Assembly: GCA_042408215.1 (NCBI GenBank) | Contig: JAYFMW010000026.1 | Location: 32,001 to 96,000 of the forward strand | Direction: 5' to 3' | DNA length: 64,000 nt | Source of the DNA: Microcoleus sp. | GTDB taxonomy: Bacteria; Cyanobacteriota; Cyanobacteriia; Cyanobacteriales; Microcoleaceae | Part shown: one piece after another, positions 9,967 through 19,088 of the stretch | How positions within the stretch are numbered: position 1 is the stretch's first letter | How the letters are laid out: the number at the start of each line of letters is the position of its first letter | The notes under the pieces: model-generated | Databases searched by the model: none | Told to the model about the DNA's origin: nothing | Seen by the model: only the letters and a program-made list of their open reading frames with translations | Position numbers and translations under genes: made by a program

Positions 9967-11340
9967 ATGAATGTTGAAGATGTTGTAGAATGGGCGAATA
10001 ATTCGATTTTTGATAAAACTGGAGAACATCTCACACCCCTACAGGAAGCAATACTAACGGGTGTTTGGCAAAGACAAAAATATCCTCAAATCGCTAAAGA
10101 CTTCCATTGTAGTGAATCTCACGTAAAAAAAGAAGCGGCTAAGTTATGGGAAAAGTTGCGTGAGGAATTAGGAGAAGACCTTAATAAATTTAATTTTCGT
10201 TCTAAGTTAGAGAAAAAGCATAGGGTTTCTCAAGGATCTAATTTTGGTTACTGCGTACAAATTAATGAGGGTAGTATTAATATTTGTGGTGAATGTTTAC
10301 ATCCTTTGAACGATGTACAAACCCGATCGCCCAATCCCCCTAACTCTCCCCAAAATAAAGAGCAATCGCCCATAATCGATTTAACAGACGCACCCGAATT
10401 AACCAGCTTTTACGATCGCACCTCAGAACTCTCCACCCTCAAACAATGGATATTACAAGCCCACACCCGCTTGATTACCGTCTACGGCTTAAGTGGAATT
10501 GGCAAAAGCGCGATCGCCCTCCAACTCATCGAACAAACTCAAACCGAATTTGACTATATTATTTGGTTAAGTCTCACCAACACACCCACACTCTCAACCC
10601 TCCAAACCGAACTCAAGCAATTTTTTGGGCGATCGCAACAAAACCCATTACCCACAATCATTGATTATTTTCGCACCTCACGCTGTTTAGTAATCCTTGA
10701 TGACGTACAAAATATTTTTAGAAGCAGTCAATTAGCAGGTCAATATTTAGCAGGCTATGAAGATTATAGCAAATTTTTCAAACAAATTGCCACATCCTCT
10801 CATCAGAGTTCTTTAATCCTCCTCAGTTGGGAAAAACCCAGAGAAATTACTGCTTTAGAAGCCGAAAACCGAGCTACCCGAACCTTACACCTCAAAGGGT
10901 TAGGGGAAAAATCGGCAGAAATTCTCAGAGAAAAAGGATTAGCCGATGAGGAAAAATGGTCAGACTTAATCACCCTTTATCAAGGACATCCTTACTGGTT
11001 AAATATTATAGCTGCAACAATTGTCGAATTATTTGACGGTAGCGTCTCCCGGTTTTTAGCAGATAAAAATGATATCTATTTAGGCGATTTAGAACCTATT
11101 TTAGCATCTCACCTAGAGCGTTTATCAGACTCAGAAAAAAAGGTATGTTACTGGTTAGCGACTCAAAATGAAGCTGTAGATATTTCACAACAACCTGCTG
11201 ACAGTGAATTATCTAAATCAGAATTCTGGCAAGCAATACAATCTTTAGCCCGACGCGGCTTAGTGGAAAAAGTGTTAGTAGGAGGGCGATCGAAGTTTCA
11301 GATCGATCCTGTATTTAAAGCATATATTCAATCTAAGTAA
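9967..11340 (+). CDS. NB-ARC/STAND ATPase with N-terminal HTH-like domain and no WD40 tail
   Basis: GLSGIGKS Walker A, LVILDDV Walker B, QGHP motif; the upstream ORF extension lies inside the MITE. Confidence 0.85.
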   Translation: MNVEDVVEWANNSIFDKTGEHLTPLQEAILTGVWQRQKYPQIAKDFHCSESHVKKEAAKLWEKLREELGEDLNKFNFRSKLEKKHRVSQGSNFGYCVQINEGSINICGECLHPLNDVQTRSPNPPNSPQNKEQSPIIDLTDAPELTSFYDRTSELSTLKQWILQAHTRLITVYGLSGIGKSAIALQLIEQTQTEFDYIIWLSLTNTPTLSTLQTELKQFFGRSQQNPLPTIIDYFRTSRCLVILDDVQNIFRSSQLAGQYLAGYEDYSKFFKQIATSSHQSSLILLSWEKPREITALEAENRATRTLHLKGLGEKSAEILREKGLADEEKWSDLITLYQGHPYWLNIIAATIVELFDGSVSRFLADKNDIYLGDLEPILASHLERLSDSEKKVCYWLATQNEAVDISQQPADSELSKSEFWQAIQSLARRGLVEKVLVGGRSKFQIDPVFKAYIQSK

Positions 11341-11467
11341 CATTCCACCTCTTTATTTCTTAGTCTGCGGAGGCAGACTTTGTTTGTGTAGTCGCGGTTT
11401 CAACCGCCGGGTTTGTGTAGTAGGGGCAATCCCCCCGTGGTTGCCCTGTTTCAACCGCCGGGTGCGC

Positions 11468-11740
11468 TTAACTTAACTCAACGCGAAAAGATTGCCCCAT
11501 CGCTTGAAATTCTTGAGTTTCTTCCCGTTGTAACTGCTGTCTAATTTTGGCAAATTTCCTCACTGTTTCCACAGAGTACAACCGTTCTCCACAGCTTAGA
11601 CAAACTTCAGCGGATACTTTTAAGATAGCAGTATGGTTGCCGCCCCGTAAAAGTTTATCGACTTCTTTTATAACTATTTCACCGCCGCAAATAGGGCATT
11701 TTTCTACAGATAGCATTGTTAATTTATCCTTTGTATCCAA
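11468..11740 (-). CDS. YgiT-type zinc finger protein (MqsA-like N-terminal domain)
   Basis: CPICGG..AEVCLSCGERLY. Confidence 0.85.
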   Translation of the reverse strand: MDTKDKLTMLSVEKCPICGGEIVIKEVDKLLRGGNHTAILKVSAEVCLSCGERLYSVETVRKFAKIRQQLQREETQEFQAMGQSFRVELS

Positions 11741-12030
11741 TTAATCCATCGATTCGCATCGGGGCGATAAACTGTAATTAGGATGGCTAGTTTATTACTA
11801 GGGACATAAGACCAAACACTGTGAATGGGATCGCCTCTAAAGCTTTCACCATAGATTAAGTATGGGGGATAGGGTTTTTCTTTGGGATAATTTTCAATGA
11901 TTTCACCATAAAGGACGGAAAAGTAGATTTCATCAAATGAGAGACGATCGTTCTCTGCTTCTTCATCAGCATGGTCTGTAATTCGCACCCGATTTTCTAA
12001 TATTGCTTCTATGATATCGTTTAGATTCAT
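11719..12030 (-). CDS. DUF4258 domain protein, putative toxin partner of the YgiT finger
   Basis: TDHADEE..GEIIENYP..PIHSVW..ITVYRPD..W. Confidence 0.85.
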   Translation of the reverse strand: MNLNDIIEAILENRVRITDHADEEAENDRLSFDEIYFSVLYGEIIENYPKEKPYPPYLIYGESFRGDPIHSVWSYVPSNKLAILITVYRPDANRWINWIQRIN

Positions 12031-12199
12031 TCGTTGAAAGATGAGTTGGCCTTGGGAGTAATGGGAGGCCGTAGACCCGGTGATTCTGGCGGTGGCAGAA
12101 AAATTTATCTTTGCTAATTGTTACAAATTTATCAACGGCGACCTATAAGAGCGATGCTACCGAACATGATATCACAGGACAATTAGTAGAGATGGGCGA

Positions 12200-12620
12200 T
12201 TGGGGAGTCAGAAACCGGGTTTCTTCCTAAATCTTGGTGAGGATGTTTAAATTCTCGCAGAAACCCGGTTTCTTGGATTTTGGGGTTTCCTCGTGGGGGA
12301 GTCAGAAACCGGGTTTCTTCCTAAATCTGGGTGAGGATGCCAAGATTGTCGCAGAAACCCGGTTTCTTGGATTTTTGGGGCGCGGGGAGTCAGAAACCCG
12401 GTTTCTTTCCAAAATTTCGGTGGGGATGCCAAGATTCTCGCAGAAACCCGGTTTCTTGGATTTTTGGGGCGTGGGGCTCAGAAACCGGGTTTCTGACTAA
12501 ATCTGGGTGGGGATGCGTAAATGATCGCAGAAACCCGGTTTCTTGGATTTTGGAGTTTGTGGGGATTCAGAAACCGGGTTTCTTCGCAATATCTCGGTGG
12601 GGATTCCAAGATGATCGAGG
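12200..12620. repeat. Second tandem array (about 5 units) of the AGAAACCGGGTTTCT doublet repeat
   Basis: Same palindromes as 6920-7680; units about 88-95 bp and more diverged. Confidence 0.92.
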
Positions 12621-12815
12621 CAACTTAACTAACTTATTCCCATTTACCACAAACCGCGACAATCTTCTGTAGCGATACTTACTTTTCCTATAAGGATCGA
12701 CAGGAATATCCTTGAAAAATTGCTGAAAACCTTCTAGCTTAATCGAGTTTACTTTTTTGAAAGTAAACATGGAAGCATAATCAGAAGAAATGAATTCTAA
12801 TGCCGTTTTTATCAA
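12616..12815 (-). pseudogene. N-terminal fragment of a 2OG-Fe(II) dioxygenase gene cut by the repeat array
   Basis: FFKDIPVDPY..KYRYRRLSRF..LVKLP, then the frame runs into repeat DNA. Confidence 0.6.
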
Positions 12816-12922
12816 TTCTTATTTATAAAGCCTTGCTCCCCTCTGTAATTTTTTTTGCCGCCGATGAACGCGCAAGATGAACGGGAATTAACGCTGATGT
12901 TAAATGCAGTTTAATCAGTGAG

Positions 12923-13432
12923 TTACTCAGGGAACAGGGTTAGTAAAAATTTGGTGGTTGCTTTGGCTTCTATTTTAAATGGGATTAGGCACAAAAGCCA
13001 GCCCAAAATAAACATTCCTAGGATCGGTAAAAATATTGCCCCCACGGAGCGATCGACAAACCAAGCACATAAGGCGAACATCCCGATACTGCCAGTTGTC
13101 CACAGCCAATAAATCAGAATTACGATCGCAATTTTATGTAAATTCATGCTAATTTTTAGAGAAGAACCGGGTTCTTGAGGATGGTTCTCTCCTTGAATCA
13201 CTGGCAAGAATGGGTGGCGGACAGTGGCGATGCGACTAATTTTGAAAGTGTTGCCAGAGATGATTCCTTCGTAAGGTTTAGCTGGTCGCTTGAATAGCGT
13301 GAGTCTGAATATTTTGGGAGGCTCAACAATTTCATCCAATTTTTCTAAGACTTCAGAAAATGTGAATTTGGTCGCTATGTTTAAAGTTTCAAAAGGCAGC
13401 AAAAGTCGATAAAATCTGATGATGTTATTCAT
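12923..13432 (-). CDS. Hypothetical membrane protein with 2 C-terminal TM helices
   Basis: 169-aa ORF, KPYEG..FKISRI motif followed by two hydrophobic segments. Confidence 0.7.
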   Translation of the reverse strand: MNNIIRFYRLLLPFETLNIATKFTFSEVLEKLDEIVEPPKIFRLTLFKRPAKPYEGIISGNTFKISRIATVRHPFLPVIQGENHPQEPGSSLKISMNLHKIAIVILIYWLWTTGSIGMFALCAWFVDRSVGAIFLPILGMFILGWLLCLIPFKIEAKATTKFLLTLFPE

Positions 13433-13561
13433 CGGGTTAATCCTATGGAGAGTTATTGTCGTTGAAGAGGCCCCCTACCAAGAAAAAACTTCCCGTGACC
13501 GCACCTCGTCATACCAGTATAGTGGAAAATAAAGATTTGGAAGCTACAGCTATCTTTACTT

Positions 13562-15715
13562 GTGTCAAAATTCAACCAACAATCTCCTATGAAACTTTCA
13601 CGGTATCTATTCTCGCTCAAAAGTCGATCGCGACTTTGCCTCTCTCTCGGTCTACTTTCCGTCATATCGAACATTTTGCCAGTGTTTGCGGTAACCCCAC
13701 GCAATCCAGAGCAAGAGGAAACTTGCGACATTCTCGTAGCAGGTGGCGGACTTGCAGGTGCTGCTACGGCTTACGAAGGTTTGCTGGCGGGTCGTACAGT
13801 TTGTCTCACCGACATTACTGACTGGGTGGGCGGTCAAATCTCGGCTCAGGGAACCTCTGCACTGGATGAAAGAGATACTCAGCGATCGCTCTTATTTTAC
13901 CCCCGCGGCTACCTAGAATTGCGGCGGCGAATCAAAGAACATTACGGTAGGCTAAATCCGGGGGGCTGTTGGGTTAGCTATTCCTGTTTCATGCCCTACG
14001 ACGGCCACAAGATTCTGTTTGAAATGTTGCAGGATGCGGCCAGCAGAGGTAAAGGTACGCTGAAATGGTTTCCTAATACTGTGATTAAAGAACTAGGAAT
14101 TACTCCTGCTGTGGCGGGAAATGCTGTTGGCGGACAACAAATTAAAAGTGCGATCGCCATTGGGCACAAACCAGCCGCCAATACCCCACCAATCAACACC
14201 GAAACTCTTTCTCAAACTATCGAAGACGCCTATCGCTACGAAAATTCGGCGCGATTTAATAAAACGATTATCCGCTTTATTCCTAAAGCATCTCAGACCC
14301 CCCCTAACCCCCCCTTACCAAGGGGGGGGAATTCCACAAGTTCCCCCCCTTTACAAGGGGGGGCTAGGGGGGGTGTTGATTGGTATGTTGTAGATGCCAC
14401 TGAAACCGGCGAATTAATCGCACTTGCCGATGTTCCCTACCGCCTCGGAATTGACCCCAGAACTTCTCTAGAACCCTCTTCGGGAAGCCCCACAGGCGAC
14501 GCTTATTGCACTCAAGGTTTTACCTACACCTTTGCAATGGAGGCAACTCAAGAACCACAACAGCATCAAGGGCCGTCTTTTTATCAACAATATGCTCCTT
14601 ACTACAGTTACGAATTGCAGAGATTAGCCAGCTTTCCCTTAGTTTTCAGCTACCGCCAAATTAGGAGCATGAGACCTGATGAAACGCGCCCTGCTGACCC
14701 GAAACAATTCCCGATTTATCCAGGGGATATTTCTATGCAAAATTGGACTTGGGGTAATGACTACCGTCCGGGTTCTTCCCAGGATAATTTAATTTACAGT
14801 CGCGAGCAACTGTCAGCTAACGGTCAACTGCAACCGGGTGGATGGATGGGCGGTTTGCGAACAGAAACTTTGCGGCGCGGAGAAGAAAATGCTCAAGGAT
14901 TTTTCTACTGGTTGGTAGCAGGAACGACAGACTCGCAACTAGGAAATGGTGTGAAAAAGCCTTATCCAAATAATCGTTTATTGAGCGGTTTTGATTCGCC
15001 GATGGGGACGGTACACGGACTTTCTAAATATCCTTATATGCGGGAGGGAAGGCGGATTATTGGTCGGCCGAGTTTCAACGATCCTCAAGGCTTTACAATC
15101 TGGGAAGTTGATATGTCTCGCACTGATTTTAAGGCGGATTTTTACCGCCAGAATTTATCAGAGAAAGAGTACCGGAATTTGTGGCTGGCCGTGGGTGGTT
15201 TGAATGCGCCGGCTTTGGCTGTGGGAAGTCAATCGGTAGAGGATACAAAATCTCGATCGCGCGCTAGGATTTATCCTGACAGTGTTGGTATCGGTCACTA
15301 TGCGATCGACTTTCACCCCTGCATGACCAACAGTCCCCCGGAAGCACCGGGAAACACCGAACGGGAAGGAACTCGCAAAGGTCAAGGCCAAGCTTATCCG
15401 TTCCAAATTCCGCTGCGAGCAATGATTCCTCAGAAAATTGACAATATGTTAGTAGCTGGCAAAAGTATTGCTGTTAGCCACACAGCGGCGGCGGCTTATC
15501 GAGTGCATTCTTTTGAATGGTCAGCCGGTGTGGCGGCGGGTGTTACTGCTGCTTTTTCCCTAGAAAATGGGATTATACCTTATGAATTGGTGGACGAATT
15601 GCCATCCCGCGAGCCGAATTTGGAGGTGTTGCAGTTGCGGTTGCAACAAAATGCCAATCCGATCGCATTTCCGGGTACTTCTATTTTCAATAGTTCTTGG
15701 CAAAATTGGAAGTAA
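13562..15715 (+). CDS. Exported FAD-dependent oxidoreductase
   Basis: Signal-like N-terminus, DILVAGGGLAG, DATETGEL, REGRR and PFQIPLRAMIP..NMLVAGKSI motifs. Confidence 0.88.
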   Translation: MSKFNQQSPMKLSRYLFSLKSRSRLCLSLGLLSVISNILPVFAVTPRNPEQEETCDILVAGGGLAGAATAYEGLLAGRTVCLTDITDWVGGQISAQGTSALDERDTQRSLLFYPRGYLELRRRIKEHYGRLNPGGCWVSYSCFMPYDGHKILFEMLQDAASRGKGTLKWFPNTVIKELGITPAVAGNAVGGQQIKSAIAIGHKPAANTPPINTETLSQTIEDAYRYENSARFNKTIIRFIPKASQTPPNPPLPRGGNSTSSPPLQGGARGGVDWYVVDATETGELIALADVPYRLGIDPRTSLEPSSGSPTGDAYCTQGFTYTFAMEATQEPQQHQGPSFYQQYAPYYSYELQRLASFPLVFSYRQIRSMRPDETRPADPKQFPIYPGDISMQNWTWGNDYRPGSSQDNLIYSREQLSANGQLQPGGWMGGLRTETLRRGEENAQGFFYWLVAGTTDSQLGNGVKKPYPNNRLLSGFDSPMGTVHGLSKYPYMREGRRIIGRPSFNDPQGFTIWEVDMSRTDFKADFYRQNLSEKEYRNLWLAVGGLNAPALAVGSQSVEDTKSRSRARIYPDSVGIGHYAIDFHPCMTNSPPEAPGNTEREGTRKGQGQAYPFQIPLRAMIPQKIDNMLVAGKSIAVSHTAAAAYRVHSFEWSAGVAAGVTAAFSLENGIIPYELVDELPSREPNLEVLQLRLQQNANPIAFPGTSIFNSSWQNWK

Positions 15716-15943
15716 GTTAGTTGATTGTTGACTGTTGATTGTTGGCTGTTGACTGTTGACTGTTGACTGTTGGCTGTTGGCTGTTGACTGTTGGCTGTTG
15801 GCTGTTGATTGTTGGCTGTTGACTGTTGATTGTTGGCTGTTGACTGTTGGCTGTTGGCTGTTGACTGTTGGCTGTTGGCTGTTGGCTGTTGGCTGTTGGC
15901 TGTTGACTGTTGGCTGTTGACTGTTGATTGTTGGCTGTTGGCT
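15716..15943. repeat. Heptamer tandem repeat TGTTG(A/G)(C/T), about 30 units
   Basis: Direct observation. Confidence 0.95.
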
Positions 15944-16136
15944 AATCACCAAGGCCCAATGGCCAATGCCCCATTTTCCCAGTCTTCCGTGCCGATTTCT
16001 GAGAAAAATATTAAGCTAGGTTAAAGCGCGATCGACAGTTGTGAGCAAGACACCCGTTTTGCCACAAACAGCCCGATATTTGCCGTTTTTTGCTTCAACC
16101 TGCTGTCACAATCCAAAATTACCCGTCAATCAATAC

Positions 16137-16964
16137 ATGAATATTTTTAGCAGTCTGCTTTCTGGGAAAACTCAACAACCCGAAGTGAAAAAACAGCGCC
16201 GAGGAATTGAAATTAAGTCGGAACGCGAAATCGAAATTATGCGGCAAGCGTCGAAAATTGTTGCTACGGTACTCAAAGAAATTTCCCAAATGGTGCAGCC
16301 GGGAATGACTACTGCTGACTTGGATTCCTATGCCGAAAAACGCATCCGTGCTCTGGGTGCAACGCCTAGTTTTAAAGGCTATCACGGTTTTCCAGGCTCG
16401 ATTTGCTCTAGCATTAATCATGAAGTTGTTCATGGCATCCCCAAGGCCAAAAAGGTAATTCGGGCTGGAGATGTTCTCAAGGTAGATACTGGGGCCTATT
16501 ATCAAGGCTTTCACGGTGATTCTTGCATTACGATCGCAGTTGTGGAAGTGACTCCTGAAGCGGCAAAATTAATCCGAGTAGCAGAAGAAGCTCTCTACAA
16601 AGGTATCGAACAAGTGAAAGCGGGAGCCTATTTGCTCGATCTGGCTGGTGCGATCGAAGATCATGTCAAAAGCAACGGTTTTAGCGTGGTTGAGGAATTC
16701 ACAGGCCACGGTGTGGGCCGAAATTTGCACGAGGCACCTTCGGTTTTCAATTTCCGTACCCGCGAAATGCCGAACGTGAAATTGCGATCGGGTATGACAT
16801 TGGCGATCGAACCGATTCTGAATGCGGGTTCTAAGTATACTCGGACGCTTTCTGACAAGTGGACTGCTGTAACGGTTGACAATGCTCTATCGGCTCAGTT
16901 TGAGCATACTGTGTTGGTGACGGACAGCGGTTACGAAATTTTGACCGATCGATCGAAAGTTTAA
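16137..16964 (+). CDS. map: Type I methionine aminopeptidase
   Basis: [31 protein letters not shown] and SAQFEHT motifs. Confidence 0.95.
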   Translation: MNIFSSLLSGKTQQPEVKKQRRGIEIKSEREIEIMRQASKIVATVLKEISQMVQPGMTTADLDSYAEKRIRALGATPSFKGYHGFPGSICSSINHEVVHGIPKAKKVIRAGDVLKVDTGAYYQGFHGDSCITIAVVEVTPEAAKLIRVAEEALYKGIEQVKAGAYLLDLAGAIEDHVKSNGFSVVEEFTGHGVGRNLHEAPSVFNFRTREMPNVKLRSGMTLAIEPILNAGSKYTRTLSDKWTAVTVDNALSAQFEHTVLVTDSGYEILTDRSKV

Positions 16965-17223
16965 TGGTTCGGGAAAGGGAAGAGTTTTGAGTGCTTGAGT
17001 TTTGAGTGCGTGAGTTCAATTTCAAAAAGAGTGCGTGAGTTCATTAATTAATCAAAATTGCTCTCACGCACTACTTTTACTAACCGCTTGAATGCAACTA
17101 TTATTTAGGAATTGGGAATTGGGAATTGGTAATCGAGCGGCGCATACCTGACTGCAAAAGAGAACCGAAGTAGTTAAATTAGGCTAAATTAAAAGAGAGT
17201 GGTAAAGCACAAAGGTAAGAAAG

Positions 17224-17916
17224 ATGTCAGCACGATTATTATTAGTAGATGACGAACCGGGCTTGCGGGAAGCGGTACAAGCTTATTTGGAAGATAGCAA
17301 TTTTGCGGTTGAGGTTGCCAGTAATGCTCGCGACGGCTGGGAACTTTTGCAGCGTTACAATCCCGATTTGCTGATTTCAGACATTATGATGCCGCAGGTG
17401 GATGGTTATCAATTTCTGAAGCAAGTGCGGGAAGATCCTCGCTACAAGGCTTTACCCGTGGTGTTTTTGACGGCTAAGGGTATGACGAGCGATCGCATTC
17501 AAGGCTATCAAGCAGGTTGCGATGCTTATCTTTCTAAGCCTTTCGATCCCGACGAATTGGTGGCAATTATCACAAATTTGCTGGCTCGCCGCGCGGCTGC
17601 TAAGGAGATGAGCGACAATGCTGAAACTCCCGATATTGCTGCTTTGGCGAATCAAATGGCGAGAATTGAGTCTTTGCTGAGCGGGCGGAGTTCGATCGTT
17701 CAACTTCCTTCACCAATTAAAATAGATTTGACTCCGCGAGAACAAAGTGTTTTGGATTTGGTGGCTCAAGGTTTGATGAATAAAGAAATTGCTCGCCGCT
17801 TGGAAACAAGTGTGCGTAATGTGGAAAAGTACGTTAGCCGTTTGTTCAGCAAGACCGGTACTAACAGCCGTACTGAGTTAGTTCGCTACGCTCTTGAACA
17901 CGGCTTGACTAAGTAG
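17224..17916 (+). CDS. ycf29: NarL/LuxR response regulator, Ycf29/Rre1-like
   Basis: Receiver domain plus LTPREQSVL..GLMNKEIA..SVRNVEKYVSRLFSKTGTNSRTELVRYALEHGL. Confidence 0.85.
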   Translation: MSARLLLVDDEPGLREAVQAYLEDSNFAVEVASNARDGWELLQRYNPDLLISDIMMPQVDGYQFLKQVREDPRYKALPVVFLTAKGMTSDRIQGYQAGCDAYLSKPFDPDELVAIITNLLARRAAAKEMSDNAETPDIAALANQMARIESLLSGRSSIVQLPSPIKIDLTPREQSVLDLVAQGLMNKEIARRLETSVRNVEKYVSRLFSKTGTNSRTELVRYALEHGLTK

Positions 17917-18287
17917 GGGCCCAGAGCTCTTAGGAGGCTCTTCCGACCGCATTGCGTTCCCAGGCAGAGCCTGGGAACAAAGAAAATGTTAAGATCTAAG
18001 TGTTGACATATATATATAGTGTATTTGTGGTAATGCACATCAGTCTGCTGGCCGCAGAAAGCCGGTGTTACCACTGCTGTGCGATCGAACTTCTAACCGT
18101 TATGAATCTGATGGGTAAACTCCCAAAACCCGGGGAATTACTTAGCCCGAAAAACTTACTGTTTCAGAGTATTTACTTAGTAAATAGAAAGGAGAACTCT
18201 TCGCCCGACACCATCCGCCTCATAAACTTTCCACGGAGTGTCACAGATGCGGGTATATTTTGTCTGAAAACCCACCAGTATTAATGA

Positions 18288-18725
18288 ATGGGATCGCAGA
18301 TGAAAGTAGTCGCGGCTCTTGAAGCGAGGACAGCATCTAAACTCAGTTTCTACAAGGAGGATAGCATGAGGAACATGACCACGCGACAAGCTATAAGTGC
18401 CATAGTAGCACTGCCGCTCCTGCTCCTGGCAAATACAACAGAAGCTTGGGCTAATATTGGCGGCCAGAAAATAGATCCTATCAAAAAAGTTTCCAATTTG
18501 GGCGATCGGCTGGATTTCGACATGACGGCATCAACATCAATCAACATCGAAGAAAGCGAGGATTGGGATGAACCAGATTTTTCAGCTAATTTAGATATGC
18601 AGATTACTAAATTTATGACAGAAAGTGTTCCCGCCGAAATTGATGAGCTTCCGCCAATACTTGATCTGAGTGTTGCGAGGGACAACTCAACCAGAGCGTG
18701 TCGCATTTCAGTAATCTGCGAATAA
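18288..18725 (+). CDS. Hypothetical secreted protein (start probably at the MRNMTT ATG after GGAGG)
   Basis: RBS GGAGG, signal-like hydrophobic stretch ending AWA. Confidence 0.55.
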   Translation: MGSQMKVVAALEARTASKLSFYKEDSMRNMTTRQAISAIVALPLLLLANTTEAWANIGGQKIDPIKKVSNLGDRLDFDMTASTSINIEESEDWDEPDFSANLDMQITKFMTESVPAEIDELPPILDLSVARDNSTRACRISVICE

Positions 18726-18844
18726 GTGAATCGATCGTCATTAGTCATTAGTTATTGGGCATTAGTGATTGGGCGAAGCGAAGCTCCGGGATGGGGAATT
18801 GGGCATCGATGCACTCTCCTATTGGGCATTGGGCACGATCGCTA

Positions 18845-19088
18845 ATAACTAACCAATTCCCAATTACCTATTCCCAATTACCTATTCCCAATTCCCTATT
18901 ACCTATTACCTATTACCTATTACCAATTCCCTATTCCCAATTCCCAATTCCCAATTCCCAATTCCCAATTCCCAATTCCCTATTCCCAATTACCAATTCC
19001 CTATTCCCAATTACCTATTACCTATTACCTATTCCCTATTACCAATTCCCAATTCCCAATTCCCAATTCCCAATTCCCAATTCCCAAT
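18845..19088. repeat. Heptamer tandem repeats TTCCCAA/TTACCTA/TTCCCTA
   Basis: Direct observation. Confidence 0.95.

Noticed and set aside
15560..16024. ORFs NSQQPT../LLAVDCW.. and similarly 18755-19096
   Set aside because: Translations of heptamer tandem repeats
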